54,508 bases of DNA, taken from the IMG/VR virus record IMGVR_UViG_3300046167_000912; one strand, 5' to 3'. Position numbers and translations under genes: made by a program. Numbering within the stretch: the stretch's first letter is position 1; every line of letters begins with the position of its first letter. The stretch comes from an uncultured virus (IMG/VR IMGVR_UViG_3300046167_000912). Lineage: Duplodnaviria > Heunggongvirae > Uroviricota > Caudoviricetes. Shown in pieces: positions 20,826-30,131 of this stretch. The notes below the pieces were generated by a model. It worked only from the letters and a program-made list of their open reading frames with translations, was not told the origin of the DNA and made no database searches.

Positions 20826-20929
20826 GTATCCCTAGAGAAACCTATTCTCTGGAGTGAATTGATACACCCCACTTTTAATAAAGGCTAGTTCATGTTAACC
20901 GCCCCGCATTTAAGCAAGATTGAAAAGCA

Positions 20930-21214
20930 ATGAAAAAGACAAAAACTCCGACAAGAGAAAGGACACAAGGAAGGGCGAAGTGCAGGTGCTCTAGCTGTGG
21001 TGTACTTCTACCAAAGACCAAATTGGGTTGGGGTCTGATCTGGCATGACGGGTCAGGTATGTGTGCCAAGTGTCTGTATAAGTGGCGTAAAACAGGGGGC
21101 TACTTTGAAGACCTCAGAAAAAAGAAAGAACGAGCTGAGCAGAAAGAGTTAGAGAAGCTCAGCGTCAACGCCAAAATGGAATATAATTCTTCCAACCCCC
21201 AGATTGAGACTTAG
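20930..21214 (+). CDS. Small basic zinc-ribbon protein
   Basis: 94 aa with CSSC...CAKC; 3' end overlaps the convergent gene by 50 nt. Confidence 0.45.
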   Translation: MKKTKTPTRERTQGRAKCRCSSCGVLLPKTKLGWGLIWHDGSGMCAKCLYKWRKTGGYFEDLRKKKERAEQKELEKLSVNAKMEYNSSNPQIET

Positions 21215-22109
21215 ATCTGGCGGACTCTCTTAAGATCCCGTCTCGGATCTCGTTCTTGATCCCGAACATGAAAACAGAGGCAGAGGATATAAGCGAAGGG
21301 GGGACTTCAAGAAGCATGAGTCTTCGGTACTCTCGGGCAATCTCTTTACTTCTCTTCTTGAAACCAAAATTGAAGTCAACATTAGGGTCAAAAGAGGTAT
21401 CCTTGACGCTCTCGATATTTAAGCGACCCCCTCGACCTAACATACCCTTATAACGTCTAGTGCCTTCCATACTCCCATGTTCTCTGATAAGGGTGTCTTG
21501 AAGAGCTGCCTTGAGTGCTTCCTCTTCGTCCTTGACTAGTATCTTTGTCCGATTAAAAAGACTTTTGAACTTGCCTTCCAGCACCTTCACAAAGGCAGCT
21601 ACGCTCTGCACCGTGACAGACCCCTTATCCACATAGGACACCTTGTAAGAGAAGTCCCCCTTGAGGCCTATGTTAGAGAGAAGAGACAAGCTCTTCAAGT
21701 CAAATATAGCACCCTTGATCTTTGCACGCCTAAAAGAAGTGAAACGGTCAAACTCTGCACCTGTAAAGTCTGCCCCTTTTAGATCCGCACCGTCAAATGT
21801 CGCACCTTTAAGGTCAGTACCCTTGAAAACAGCGTCCGTTGCAATCATATTCTCAAGGTTAAGATCCCGCATATCCGAACCCGAAAAATCCCCCCCTCTA
21901 ACGTCCACCTTCTTGCCCGACCAATCGAACTTGGAGAACTCTTTTTCAACGGCGTTCCTGAAGTAAGCGGTGTTCTCTTTTACCAGAGAGCTAGGATTCC
22001 TTTTCTCTTCCTCTTCGAGTTCTCTCTTGAGACTAGAGATCTCGTTTTTTAATTTTTTGATGACCTTTTTTTGATTTCTCACAGTGCGTCCTGAGCTCAG
22101 CTTATTCAT
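21165..22109 (-). CDS. Pentapeptide-repeat protein with basic coiled-coil N-terminus
   Basis: RGGDF SGSDM RDLNL ENMIA TDAVF KGTDL KGATF DGADL KGADF TGAEF; AAGGAG RBS. Confidence 0.85.
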   Translation of the reverse strand: MNKLSSGRTVRNQKKVIKKLKNEISSLKRELEEEEKRNPSSLVKENTAYFRNAVEKEFSKFDWSGKKVDVRGGDFSGSDMRDLNLENMIATDAVFKGTDLKGATFDGADLKGADFTGAEFDRFTSFRRAKIKGAIFDLKSLSLLSNIGLKGDFSYKVSYVDKGSVTVQSVAAFVKVLEGKFKSLFNRTKILVKDEEEALKAALQDTLIREHGSMEGTRRYKGMLGRGGRLNIESVKDTSFDPNVDFNFGFKKRSKEIAREYRRLMLLEVPPSLISSASVFMFGIKNEIRDGILRESARSKSQSGGWKNYIPFWR

Positions 22110-22139
22110 GGGGTTCTCCTTTTTTTACAATTAGGAGAT

Positions 22140-22151
22140 ATAAATAAAGTA
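22140..22151 (-). promoter_or_regulatory. Putative late promoter motif (TACTTTATTTAT)
   Basis: Shared motif, 30 nt upstream of the pentapeptide gene start. Confidence 0.55.
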
Positions 22152-24452
22152 TTAGCCCGAAGCGAGATTCTGCCCTCGCGGGGAGCAGAACACAGAGTAA
22201 CGCACACCCAATATGGGGTGTATGTCAGAACCACAGACTATGGCTCCATGTGAAAGACCAGGACTAGTGAGACTGATGCTTGAACCCGATATTGAGACTC
22301 CTGTATTACCTCTAATGGAGACGGCATTAGAGGTTAAAGATACACTAAGCCCCGCTGAGACTATCACGCTCCCCTGAGGGGAAGCAAACTTACAACCCGT
22401 AACGTCAGTCGTTTGTGTTGTGCCTGATACAGACAATGTGTCTACGCCAGAGAGGATCGTCTTTGTCTCTGTGCCTACCGTCACTTTCCTAGTGTTTGTA
22501 GCGGGGCCTACAAACGTCTCTTCTTTACCCCCATAGGCGTTCACATAAGAATCTGAAGCCCCTCCTACGTGACCTGAGACAGGGGTTGCCAAAATCTTGA
22601 CTTTACGCACTGCACCATGAAGCGGATTTCCTTGAGGTGGTCCAGAAACGGAAATGTCCATCGACCCTACTGCGGTCTGTTTTATATTCTCGGAAGAGAG
22701 GTTTAACCCAGACCCCGTAGACAAAGTGAGTTGAGAAGAAGAGTTGAGTCGGATCTCTCCAGCTTGTGAGAAATCAACAAGGGGAGCTTTAAGTGATATT
22801 GAAGAAGCAGACTCGATAGAGATCCTTTTTTTACCGACAACCTCTACAGACACCTCCCTCCCATCTCCATCTAAGTTAGCTCCCTCCTTAGAGGATAGTC
22901 CTTCTATCCGAGTTGTCCCCCCTGACAAATGAAGAGACTCACTCCCTCTGAGTACGGTGTCTTCAGAGCCGATACTTATCTGACTGCTCTGTAGTCGAAC
23001 TCCACCAGCTACTGTCATAAGAGCGGCATCTTCGGACTCGCTAGATATGAACCCTCTGTACTTCCCTCCTTTTGTGAATGAAGAAAATGTGTCTAGAGTA
23101 TCTGGCAAGATTGGACTAATGCGTAGCAAAGTCGCCGAGTGGTTCTCAAACAAGGTATCTGCGTCTGCACCGTTAAGTGAACCACTCTCCTCATCTACAT
23201 CAGGCACTAAAGGAACGCCATATTGTTCAGAACCTTGGAAAGAGAAAGGGTCGTTACCTACAGGTGTGCCTAGAACCCACTCGATAAAGGTAGGTTCTCC
23301 TGATTCCCCCCGTGAGTTAGGTGCCCTGTCACTATCAAAGCCATCTGTCTGTTCTGTAACGGGGAGCATCCCATCTGTGGTGTGAGTCAGCTCAATGCGA
23401 TATTCAGTAAATGCCTCCCCTTCTTCCACCGCATTGGACGCAAGCTCCCTGCCCACCCTGAATATAGACTTGCCTCCATAAGTAATCGCAGACCCGTCAG
23501 TCGAGTCATAAAAGTTCTCATCAACAAGACCTGCGTGATACAAGAACCTATAAGGATCAAGCGGGGGAGGGAACTCTCCTTGAAAGCTCGACTCAAAATT
23601 GTACATCTCATTTTCATCGAAAACGGAATCAGGGCCTCGCTGAAACAGAGGGTGTGGGGTCAGCTTCCCCGCTTCTATCGGGTCTTTTTCAAAACCGTCT
23701 GCCAATGGGTAGTAGGGCTGACCTGAGTTGTCGAGCTGGATAGAGGAATTCCATTGGATTCCATCGGAGAACATCTCTTTAGGGAGACTCCTAGCGTCTC
23801 TTTGAACCATGCCACCATAGACCCTAGCTCCCGACATCGCATGAAACTGCTGTAGAGATCTCATCACGATAGCTTGGTCTTGGTCTCTTAAGACAATTTC
23901 ATTCGACCTGCGGTTACTTAGTAAAACGCTTTCATTTAGCACCAGATCTGAACCCTGAGAAGAACTACCCGCCACGTTACCTGGGTTGTAGTGTCTCATT
24001 TTATGTCTTGTTCTTTGGTGGTAGGCGGACACTTGTTGCCTTTTAACATTCGTGTCCACCCCCTCACCAGGAGCAAAGCTCTGAGTAGGCAACCAATCAT
24101 GACCTAAATAACTAGCCCTCGGCCACCAAGCTAAGATTGCAGGTGTCTTATTACTAGAAGGACCATTACTGTTACCCACAAACCAGCCCACGACGCATTG
24201 GTCTCCTACCTCTGGGATACCACCCATGAAATGCCTATTGCCCAAAGAGGGCATCAGCAATTCAACACCTGATAGAGGCTGAGACAAGTCTCCTTCCCCA
24301 TGTATGATCTGAAGGGTACAACGCATCTCCTCAGAATGAATCTCTACAATCTTGGCGATACAAAGGGAAAGGGCGTGTCTACCCCTTGAAGGGTCTCCCT
24401 CTCGATTTGCGATGTCCTGACTTTGCTGAGCTACTGTTTTCCCTTTATTCAT
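22152..24452 (-). CDS. Baseplate central spike (gp5/gpV/VgrG-like)
   Basis: N-terminal OB-fold signature IAKIVEI...GGIPEVGDQCVVGW; S/T/G/V-rich beta-strand C-terminus ending CGSDIHPILG; follows the hub gene. Confidence 0.7.
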   Translation of the reverse strand: MNKGKTVAQQSQDIANREGDPSRGRHALSLCIAKIVEIHSEEMRCTLQIIHGEGDLSQPLSGVELLMPSLGNRHFMGGIPEVGDQCVVGWFVGNSNGPSSNKTPAILAWWPRASYLGHDWLPTQSFAPGEGVDTNVKRQQVSAYHQRTRHKMRHYNPGNVAGSSSQGSDLVLNESVLLSNRRSNEIVLRDQDQAIVMRSLQQFHAMSGARVYGGMVQRDARSLPKEMFSDGIQWNSSIQLDNSGQPYYPLADGFEKDPIEAGKLTPHPLFQRGPDSVFDENEMYNFESSFQGEFPPPLDPYRFLYHAGLVDENFYDSTDGSAITYGGKSIFRVGRELASNAVEEGEAFTEYRIELTHTTDGMLPVTEQTDGFDSDRAPNSRGESGEPTFIEWVLGTPVGNDPFSFQGSEQYGVPLVPDVDEESGSLNGADADTLFENHSATLLRISPILPDTLDTFSSFTKGGKYRGFISSESEDAALMTVAGGVRLQSSQISIGSEDTVLRGSESLHLSGGTTRIEGLSSKEGANLDGDGREVSVEVVGKKRISIESASSISLKAPLVDFSQAGEIRLNSSSQLTLSTGSGLNLSSENIKQTAVGSMDISVSGPPQGNPLHGAVRKVKILATPVSGHVGGASDSYVNAYGGKEETFVGPATNTRKVTVGTETKTILSGVDTLSVSGTTQTTDVTGCKFASPQGSVIVSAGLSVSLTSNAVSIRGNTGVSISGSSISLTSPGLSHGAIVCGSDIHPILGVRYSVFCSPRGQNLASG

Positions 24453-27400
24453 GAATTACCTCTCCTCTTGGCTGCGTCTTCATATTTTTCTTTGTCCGTC
24501 AAATCGGTAATCGCCTCGCCGATGCTTTCAGTTTGATTCCCAAGCCCATTAAAAGCATCGCCCACCTGATCTATAACCGACCTAAGCATTTTCTGATTAC
24601 TTGACAATCCGAAACCTTCCGCCCTCAGTGCTTTCTGATGCTCAATCCAAGCAGGTGTTTTAGCTCTTGAAGCACGGAGGGCCTCTGCTACGAGAGGGTT
24701 CTCTATATCCACCCTAGAGTCTTCAAGGTTTACCGCATCATACAGCAAAGTCGCCTCTGAGGTAGTTCCCTTACAGGAACACATCGCTTGATTACCTAAG
24801 TTAGGTCGGATCTCCGCTAACGTCTTAGGTACATTCTGGATGACCTGCTCGTCTGACCTTGTCATCATCGCGTTAGCCAGAGTTTGGAAGTTAAAGCCTC
24901 CTGTGGGATCTTTAGACTCATCGTCTAAGTCTAGGCCGTATGCTTTATAGTACCTCTGAACGACTTCAACACCTTGTGTACTGTAGATCTCAGAGATGCG
25001 GTTAAGGATTCTTCTCTTATACTCTTTTTGAAAAGACTCAGAGCTATCAAAGTCCCCTAGACTATCTCTTAGATCCTTTAACTGTTGTTGAGTGAAAATC
25101 TTGGACGGGTCTTGTCTTAACAGTGCATCAAAAAGAGTATTTCTCGCAGGAGATAGCCCTCTACCATATTGGTATGCCCCAAACACCTCGTAACCAAGGT
25201 CGTCAGAGACAGGGAATATTGGAGAGACCATCTTGCCGTTCTTGAACTCTCTAATCTTCTCTTTCCTCGAAGTGCCACGATAAAAAGCTCCCTTGATATT
25301 CGGTCGGAATACCTTCTGAGCCTTTGAGAGAAGAGCACTTATCCTTGCGGATCTTGCCCCCTCTGTTGAACCCCATTCTCTATATAGATCGTCAAAGTCT
25401 CGGCCTAATGCGTTGAACAACTGAACATAGAGTTCCGAGGCTAAAATCCTCGCGAAGACTGTCTTATTAGTCACGTTAGGGATTGCGGCGGATAGTTTTT
25501 TTGTATCTCCCAAAACGGAAGCTTGAAAATAGAAATCCGATGGGTACAAGGCTGGGATTCTCTGTCGAGACTTAAAAACACTCTTCTTCAACTGACCTAA
25601 TGTTAACGAAGGCTTATAGGCTCTAGCAATCGTCCGACTCAGGACTGCCACTACATTATTCTTGAAAGCATTTCCGTAATTGCCACCCCTCTCCCATCTA
25701 GAGGGGTCAAAAGTCAAACCTACTTCAACCTCTCGCTCGACTAACGTCTGGTTTATTTGGAACGTTAAAGTCTTGATGTCCTTAGTAGGCACATACCCAA
25801 ACCCTGATGTGTACAGAGTCCTTGTGTTGAGACCTGCAACAACAGCACCTCGCTTCTGGCTAAAGACCACATTGTCTTTCCCATTGAGAGGGTCTGATTC
25901 CACCATGTTAATGTCTGTAGGGTCTGCTATCCCTGGCGGATCAATCCTTAACTCAGGAGTCTCTCCTGCACTGTCTGGGTTTATTGTAGGAATCGAAGGG
26001 CCTTGATGCTCTCGGCTCGGGTGGGAAGATGAGTAATACCTGTAGTAACCTGGAAGGTGTGGTGCAAAGCTGTTCTTCTTATTCTCTAACAATCTCAATA
26101 AGTTAGAGGTATTTATCTTCCCATCTTCGACCTCTTGACCCTTCGCTTTCCGAATAGCTAAGATAAGGTCGTAAACCGTAAAAGAAGCCTGAGCACCTCC
26201 TTGGGTTGTTAAAGAATCAATGGCTTCTTCCAATCGGAGCTCAGCTTCTCTAATAATCTTAAGCCTTTCCTTCTCGTTGGTACTAGAATACTTACCTTTG
26301 CCCGCGAGCTTCGCTGCTTTCTCCTCGGCTTTGACTTTCTGATAAGTCGCCCCCTCTAGAGCGGACTCCCCTAGAATAATCGACTTAGATTCAGCTTGAC
26401 CTCGAGAAATCTTGGACGTGCGAACACGCTTACCTTGCTTGGTTAAGTAAGGTGTTCCCTCTTTCTCCAAGCCTAACGACCCTTCTTGGTCACCTATCTT
26501 CACAATCCACGGGCCACTAAAAAGATCCCCTCCCGCACCTGTCTTGATGACCCCATACCTCTTACCTTCAATAAGGAGCATATTCCTGTATGCTTGCCTA
26601 GTCTCTGTCCCTAGACGACCCATAGATTGGTAGTCTACAGAGAATGTTAAAAACCCAGGATCCATTTTAAAGGGATCTAGAGCCATAACAACATTAGGGA
26701 AACCCACGATCTTCTTAGTGACGACCTTCTCATTGTTAAGGTTCGTCCTTGAGTTCGTTGTATATATGTATTTCTCAGGTAATGAAGTGTCCCCTAAGTC
26801 AACAGCCTGAGCTGGGTCTTCAGAGTATTTTTTATCTGTGCGACCTGGAGGAATGAACTTCTTCCTCTGGGCTGTCAGAGTGAGACTAGTAGTACACTCA
26901 CCTCCGTAAGAGAAATTGTGGTTCAAACCCTCGACATAGTAGAAGCAATCATTCTCCTCAATGTAGACAGGATATCCTGGTTTGAGTTCTGCCCTCAAGG
27001 GGATAGAGACACTACACCCCTCTGTCGCTTTATTGGCATTGTCTAACGCCACCACACCCGCGTAAAAAGCCTTCCTCGCAGAGTTGTAGAAGCTGGTGTC
27101 AAAGGAAAGCTGTTTCCAGCCGTACTTCGCCACAAGTTTATAGTCCACATACATCCCCTTGACGCCCCACTCCCCTTCTAGATTAGTTCCCTTGAGGTTT
27201 CTAAAAGGCCCTCCAGAACAGATTACATAAGTGTACTCTGGCTCATTGTGTTCGTAACTAATAGTCAACGTATCTTCCCGATTGATTCTATAGACCCTGT
27301 CATTACTAGTGTCCATGTTGTACATCGGAGGCTTGAATATAAGATCGCCGTCTAGATCTTGATAGAACTCGTACCCTATTTTCTCTGACACTTGGTTAGC

Positions 27401-28573
27401 GAGACTCATCTTGCTTGTGAACTGAGATTCGTAAAAACTGACTTGTCCTAGAGAGTTTATATCTGTGATGAACTCTTGCAAAGAGAGAACATTGACAGCG
27501 TCTTCTTTCCCTCCCAATATGGAAGGCAGTTGACGAACGTCTAAAGTCCTTAATACTCGACCTTGAGGGTCTTGAGCTATGAACCCTGCTTTCATCATGT
27601 TTGACAAAGCGGAACTTGAGTTTCTTTTTGACACGGTGTGGGGCTTGAGTTGCCTTTTAACAACCTTCTTATATTCGTTGTCCCTACCAGCAGGTGTATT
27701 GTCAACGAGAATAGACTGCTCAAAAGTGGTGTATGCACGACCCGATGCACCAAACATCTTTAACCCATATAGTCCGTTGCTAAATCGGTTCTCCAAGTAC
27801 CTCAAATAGAGCGAGTAGAACTGCTGACCTGTGGCGACTTTACCTGTTAGATTCGTCTTCTGCTGGAGGACAAAGTTCGTACCCTCAGGTGAACCACCCG
27901 TATCTCGAAAAAGGTCGTATATAATCTGATGTGGGGTCATGTTGGTATAAACATGACCCATGAGGTTGACTGAGCCTCTCGCTTCTTTGGGGTTAGCCGC
28001 AAAGAAGCCTTGCTGGGTGTTAATCATTTGACTATCCCAGAGACTCAACATGTTTCCTGTCCTTATAGAGACCTGATAGGCATTGTCATTGAGGGTGATG
28101 GACACGCCTTTAATAAAACCATGAAAGACAGGGTAGTAAGGACGATTTTGAATCTTGTTGAGATCCACGTTGTGTCTCTCTGTAGAACCGTCTTCTTTTG
28201 TATCAAAGAGCTCTACTACATCGTTTTTCAAAGAGAGCTGGTCTGTTTTGAAAAATCCTCGGTAGTAAACATTGACCTCGATGCCTGTCGTTAAAATGAA
28301 CTTGCCATCCCTATAGACCACATCACCAAAAGACTTCGGTATGATCAAGTCAATGCTACAGCTCGCTGAAGAGGACTGTATCCCACTACCTATACTCACG
28401 GCGGTTATGAAAGAAGAGAAATCTATGCGATTCTTGCACTCTGGACACCCTGGTAGGGTCGTGTCGCCATTAAATTGTACAATCACATCTGGAGTCCAAG
28501 ACACCACCGTCCTGTACTTATTCTGAATGTCTTCAGACCATGTACCAGAATAAGGTCTTTCATCAGTCTTCAT
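24449..28573 (-). CDS. Baseplate hub protein (gp27/gpD-like) with a long C-terminal extension
   Basis: YEFYQDLDGDLIFKPPMYN and LRAELKPGYPV...YYVEGLNHNF...TTSLTL motifs; position between tube initiators and spike. Confidence 0.7.
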   Translation of the reverse strand: MKTDERPYSGTWSEDIQNKYRTVVSWTPDVIVQFNGDTTLPGCPECKNRIDFSSFITAVSIGSGIQSSSASCSIDLIIPKSFGDVVYRDGKFILTTGIEVNVYYRGFFKTDQLSLKNDVVELFDTKEDGSTERHNVDLNKIQNRPYYPVFHGFIKGVSITLNDNAYQVSIRTGNMLSLWDSQMINTQQGFFAANPKEARGSVNLMGHVYTNMTPHQIIYDLFRDTGGSPEGTNFVLQQKTNLTGKVATGQQFYSLYLRYLENRFSNGLYGLKMFGASGRAYTTFEQSILVDNTPAGRDNEYKKVVKRQLKPHTVSKRNSSSALSNMMKAGFIAQDPQGRVLRTLDVRQLPSILGGKEDAVNVLSLQEFITDINSLGQVSFYESQFTSKMSLANQVSEKIGYEFYQDLDGDLIFKPPMYNMDTSNDRVYRINREDTLTISYEHNEPEYTYVICSGGPFRNLKGTNLEGEWGVKGMYVDYKLVAKYGWKQLSFDTSFYNSARKAFYAGVVALDNANKATEGCSVSIPLRAELKPGYPVYIEENDCFYYVEGLNHNFSYGGECTTSLTLTAQRKKFIPPGRTDKKYSEDPAQAVDLGDTSLPEKYIYTTNSRTNLNNEKVVTKKIVGFPNVVMALDPFKMDPGFLTFSVDYQSMGRLGTETRQAYRNMLLIEGKRYGVIKTGAGGDLFSGPWIVKIGDQEGSLGLEKEGTPYLTKQGKRVRTSKISRGQAESKSIILGESALEGATYQKVKAEEKAAKLAGKGKYSSTNEKERLKIIREAELRLEEAIDSLTTQGGAQASFTVYDLILAIRKAKGQEVEDGKINTSNLLRLLENKKNSFAPHLPGYYRYYSSSHPSREHQGPSIPTINPDSAGETPELRIDPPGIADPTDINMVESDPLNGKDNVVFSQKRGAVVAGLNTRTLYTSGFGYVPTKDIKTLTFQINQTLVEREVEVGLTFDPSRWERGGNYGNAFKNNVVAVLSRTIARAYKPSLTLGQLKKSVFKSRQRIPALYPSDFYFQASVLGDTKKLSAAIPNVTNKTVFARILASELYVQLFNALGRDFDDLYREWGSTEGARSARISALLSKAQKVFRPNIKGAFYRGTSRKEKIREFKNGKMVSPIFPVSDDLGYEVFGAYQYGRGLSPARNTLFDALLRQDPSKIFTQQQLKDLRDSLGDFDSSESFQKEYKRRILNRISEIYSTQGVEVVQRYYKAYGLDLDDESKDPTGGFNFQTLANAMMTRSDEQVIQNVPKTLAEIRPNLGNQAMCSCKGTTSEATLLYDAVNLEDSRVDIENPLVAEALRASRAKTPAWIEHQKALRAEGFGLSSNQKMLRSVIDQVGDAFNGLGNQTESIGEAITDLTDKEKYEDAAKRRGNS

Positions 28574-29526
28574 GATGGAGCTCCTGTATTACCAAAGCTA
28601 GTAGAAGGCTTAAACATAGGGTAAAGAACACTCTTCGCTTCAAAGTCTTGTTGGAAGTGTTTATACACCTCAAAGCTCATACTGAACTCGATACCTCCGT
28701 TTTGAGTGTCTTCTCCGAGAGAGAAGCTTAAGTCCTTAATCCTACCCACCCACCTCTGACCATCATAGTAAATACTATGTGTGCCGACATCGTGATTGGC
28801 TCTCGATCTACCTAGAACATCATGGATAGCCGCACCATTGCGATACGAAGCTAGAATGTTCATAAGTTGCCTCCATCCCGCACTGTCCCTTCTCGATGCG
28901 AACTGTAAACCAGACACACCTTTAAGATTGCCCTTCTGATCAGGGGTCTCTCTTTGAGCCCTGCCTGAGATGAAAGATCCTATCTTGCACTGAATGTCTA
29001 TAGTGGTCAGTTGCTCCCCCCACCTATAGAACACAAACCCATAGCGGGTTGATTCTGAGTAGTTTTGAATACTCTCATGCTTGAATGCCATTGAGAGCGG
29101 GTTTATTAAGAACACGATGGGTGGCGTATTCCTCATCTGAAGGTGCTGGCTCGCAATAGACATAAGCTGATCTTTGTCAGAGAAGCCCGCTTGATCTCGT
29201 AACTCAAGACCACTTACGGAACTCCTGATTGGACTCTTCGAGTAGGTAGGTAATCGAGGGCTGTACTTCAAGTCGTCATAGTTTCGTTCTGTAGCTATGC
29301 CATAAGAAGACCTCCTTTGACCTTGGAAGGGCTTCGCCTCTTTCGTGGTCAGGTAGTCTCCCATATCGGGAGGGTCGAGAGCCAAGACAAAAGGAGACAT
29401 CGACCTGAGATGTTGTTGGTTGGCGGGATCTAAAGGTATTGTCCCCTCATTGTCTTCGGGGAAAAGAAAGAACTCTTCTGTCGTAGCCAGCTTGAGAAAA
29501 GGCTTTGTGTCAATTGTGGCTTTCAT
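28570..29526 (-). CDS. Baseplate tube-initiator-like protein
   Basis: INP.SM.....Q...STRYGFVFYRWGEQLTTI pattern; paralogous to the next gene; synteny. Confidence 0.55.
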   Translation of the reverse strand: MKATIDTKPFLKLATTEEFFLFPEDNEGTIPLDPANQQHLRSMSPFVLALDPPDMGDYLTTKEAKPFQGQRRSSYGIATERNYDDLKYSPRLPTYSKSPIRSSVSGLELRDQAGFSDKDQLMSIASQHLQMRNTPPIVFLINPLSMAFKHESIQNYSESTRYGFVFYRWGEQLTTIDIQCKIGSFISGRAQRETPDQKGNLKGVSGLQFASRRDSAGWRQLMNILASYRNGAAIHDVLGRSRANHDVGTHSIYYDGQRWVGRIKDLSFSLGEDTQNGGIEFSMSFEVYKHFQQDFEAKSVLYPMFKPSTSFGNTGAPS

Positions 29527-30131
29527 CCAAACCTCCCGTTTATAGATTGACTCCGAACCCCATGAAACTCACGCTCTACTTGCATCGCTAAGCTTACCTT
29601 GAATTGATAAGGGCCAGACGCGTCGTCGGTCACAGAGAAACTCTGAAACCACCCAAACCAAGTACCCCCATCAAAGGTCATCTTGATTTTACCTTGCAAT
29701 ACAATCTGACCAATACTGTCATAGATAGACCCGTTGTTGTGGAACATAGCTAGGACATCTAGGTACTTGTCATAGGAGATCGTATCCCTTCTCGTACCGC
29801 CTATATTCGCCCCACCATTTTCAAGTGCGACAGGCCCTGTTACTGCGGAAAGACCCGTGAAGGGGCGGATAAAAGCACCTGAAGAGGCTTCGAAGCTGAC
29901 TGTGGTTGGCTCATCACCCCAATAGTATTCCACAAATCCATGAAGGGTCTTAGATATAGACCTTTGTTTAGAGTACTTGTACTCTATCTGATTTGGGTTA
30001 GCATGAAGAGTCATTTTGAGACCGTCTGGGAGTAGAGAAGTCACACCATCAGGAGCGACAATGTCGAATACAAAAGGTCTGATACCCAGCTTCGCGTCTC
30101 CGATATCTCTAGTTATAGGAGACCTGATCAT
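29523..30131 (-). CDS. Baseplate tube-initiator-like protein
   Basis: ANPNQI.Y.YSK...KTLHGFVEYYWGDEPTTV...WFGWFQSFSV; immediately downstream of the tape measure gene. Confidence 0.55.
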   Translation of the reverse strand: MIRSPITRDIGDAKLGIRPFVFDIVAPDGVTSLLPDGLKMTLHANPNQIEYKYSKQRSISKTLHGFVEYYWGDEPTTVSFEASSGAFIRPFTGLSAVTGPVALENGGANIGGTRRDTISYDKYLDVLAMFHNNGSIYDSIGQIVLQGKIKMTFDGGTWFGWFQSFSVTDDASGPYQFKVSLAMQVEREFHGVRSQSINGRFG

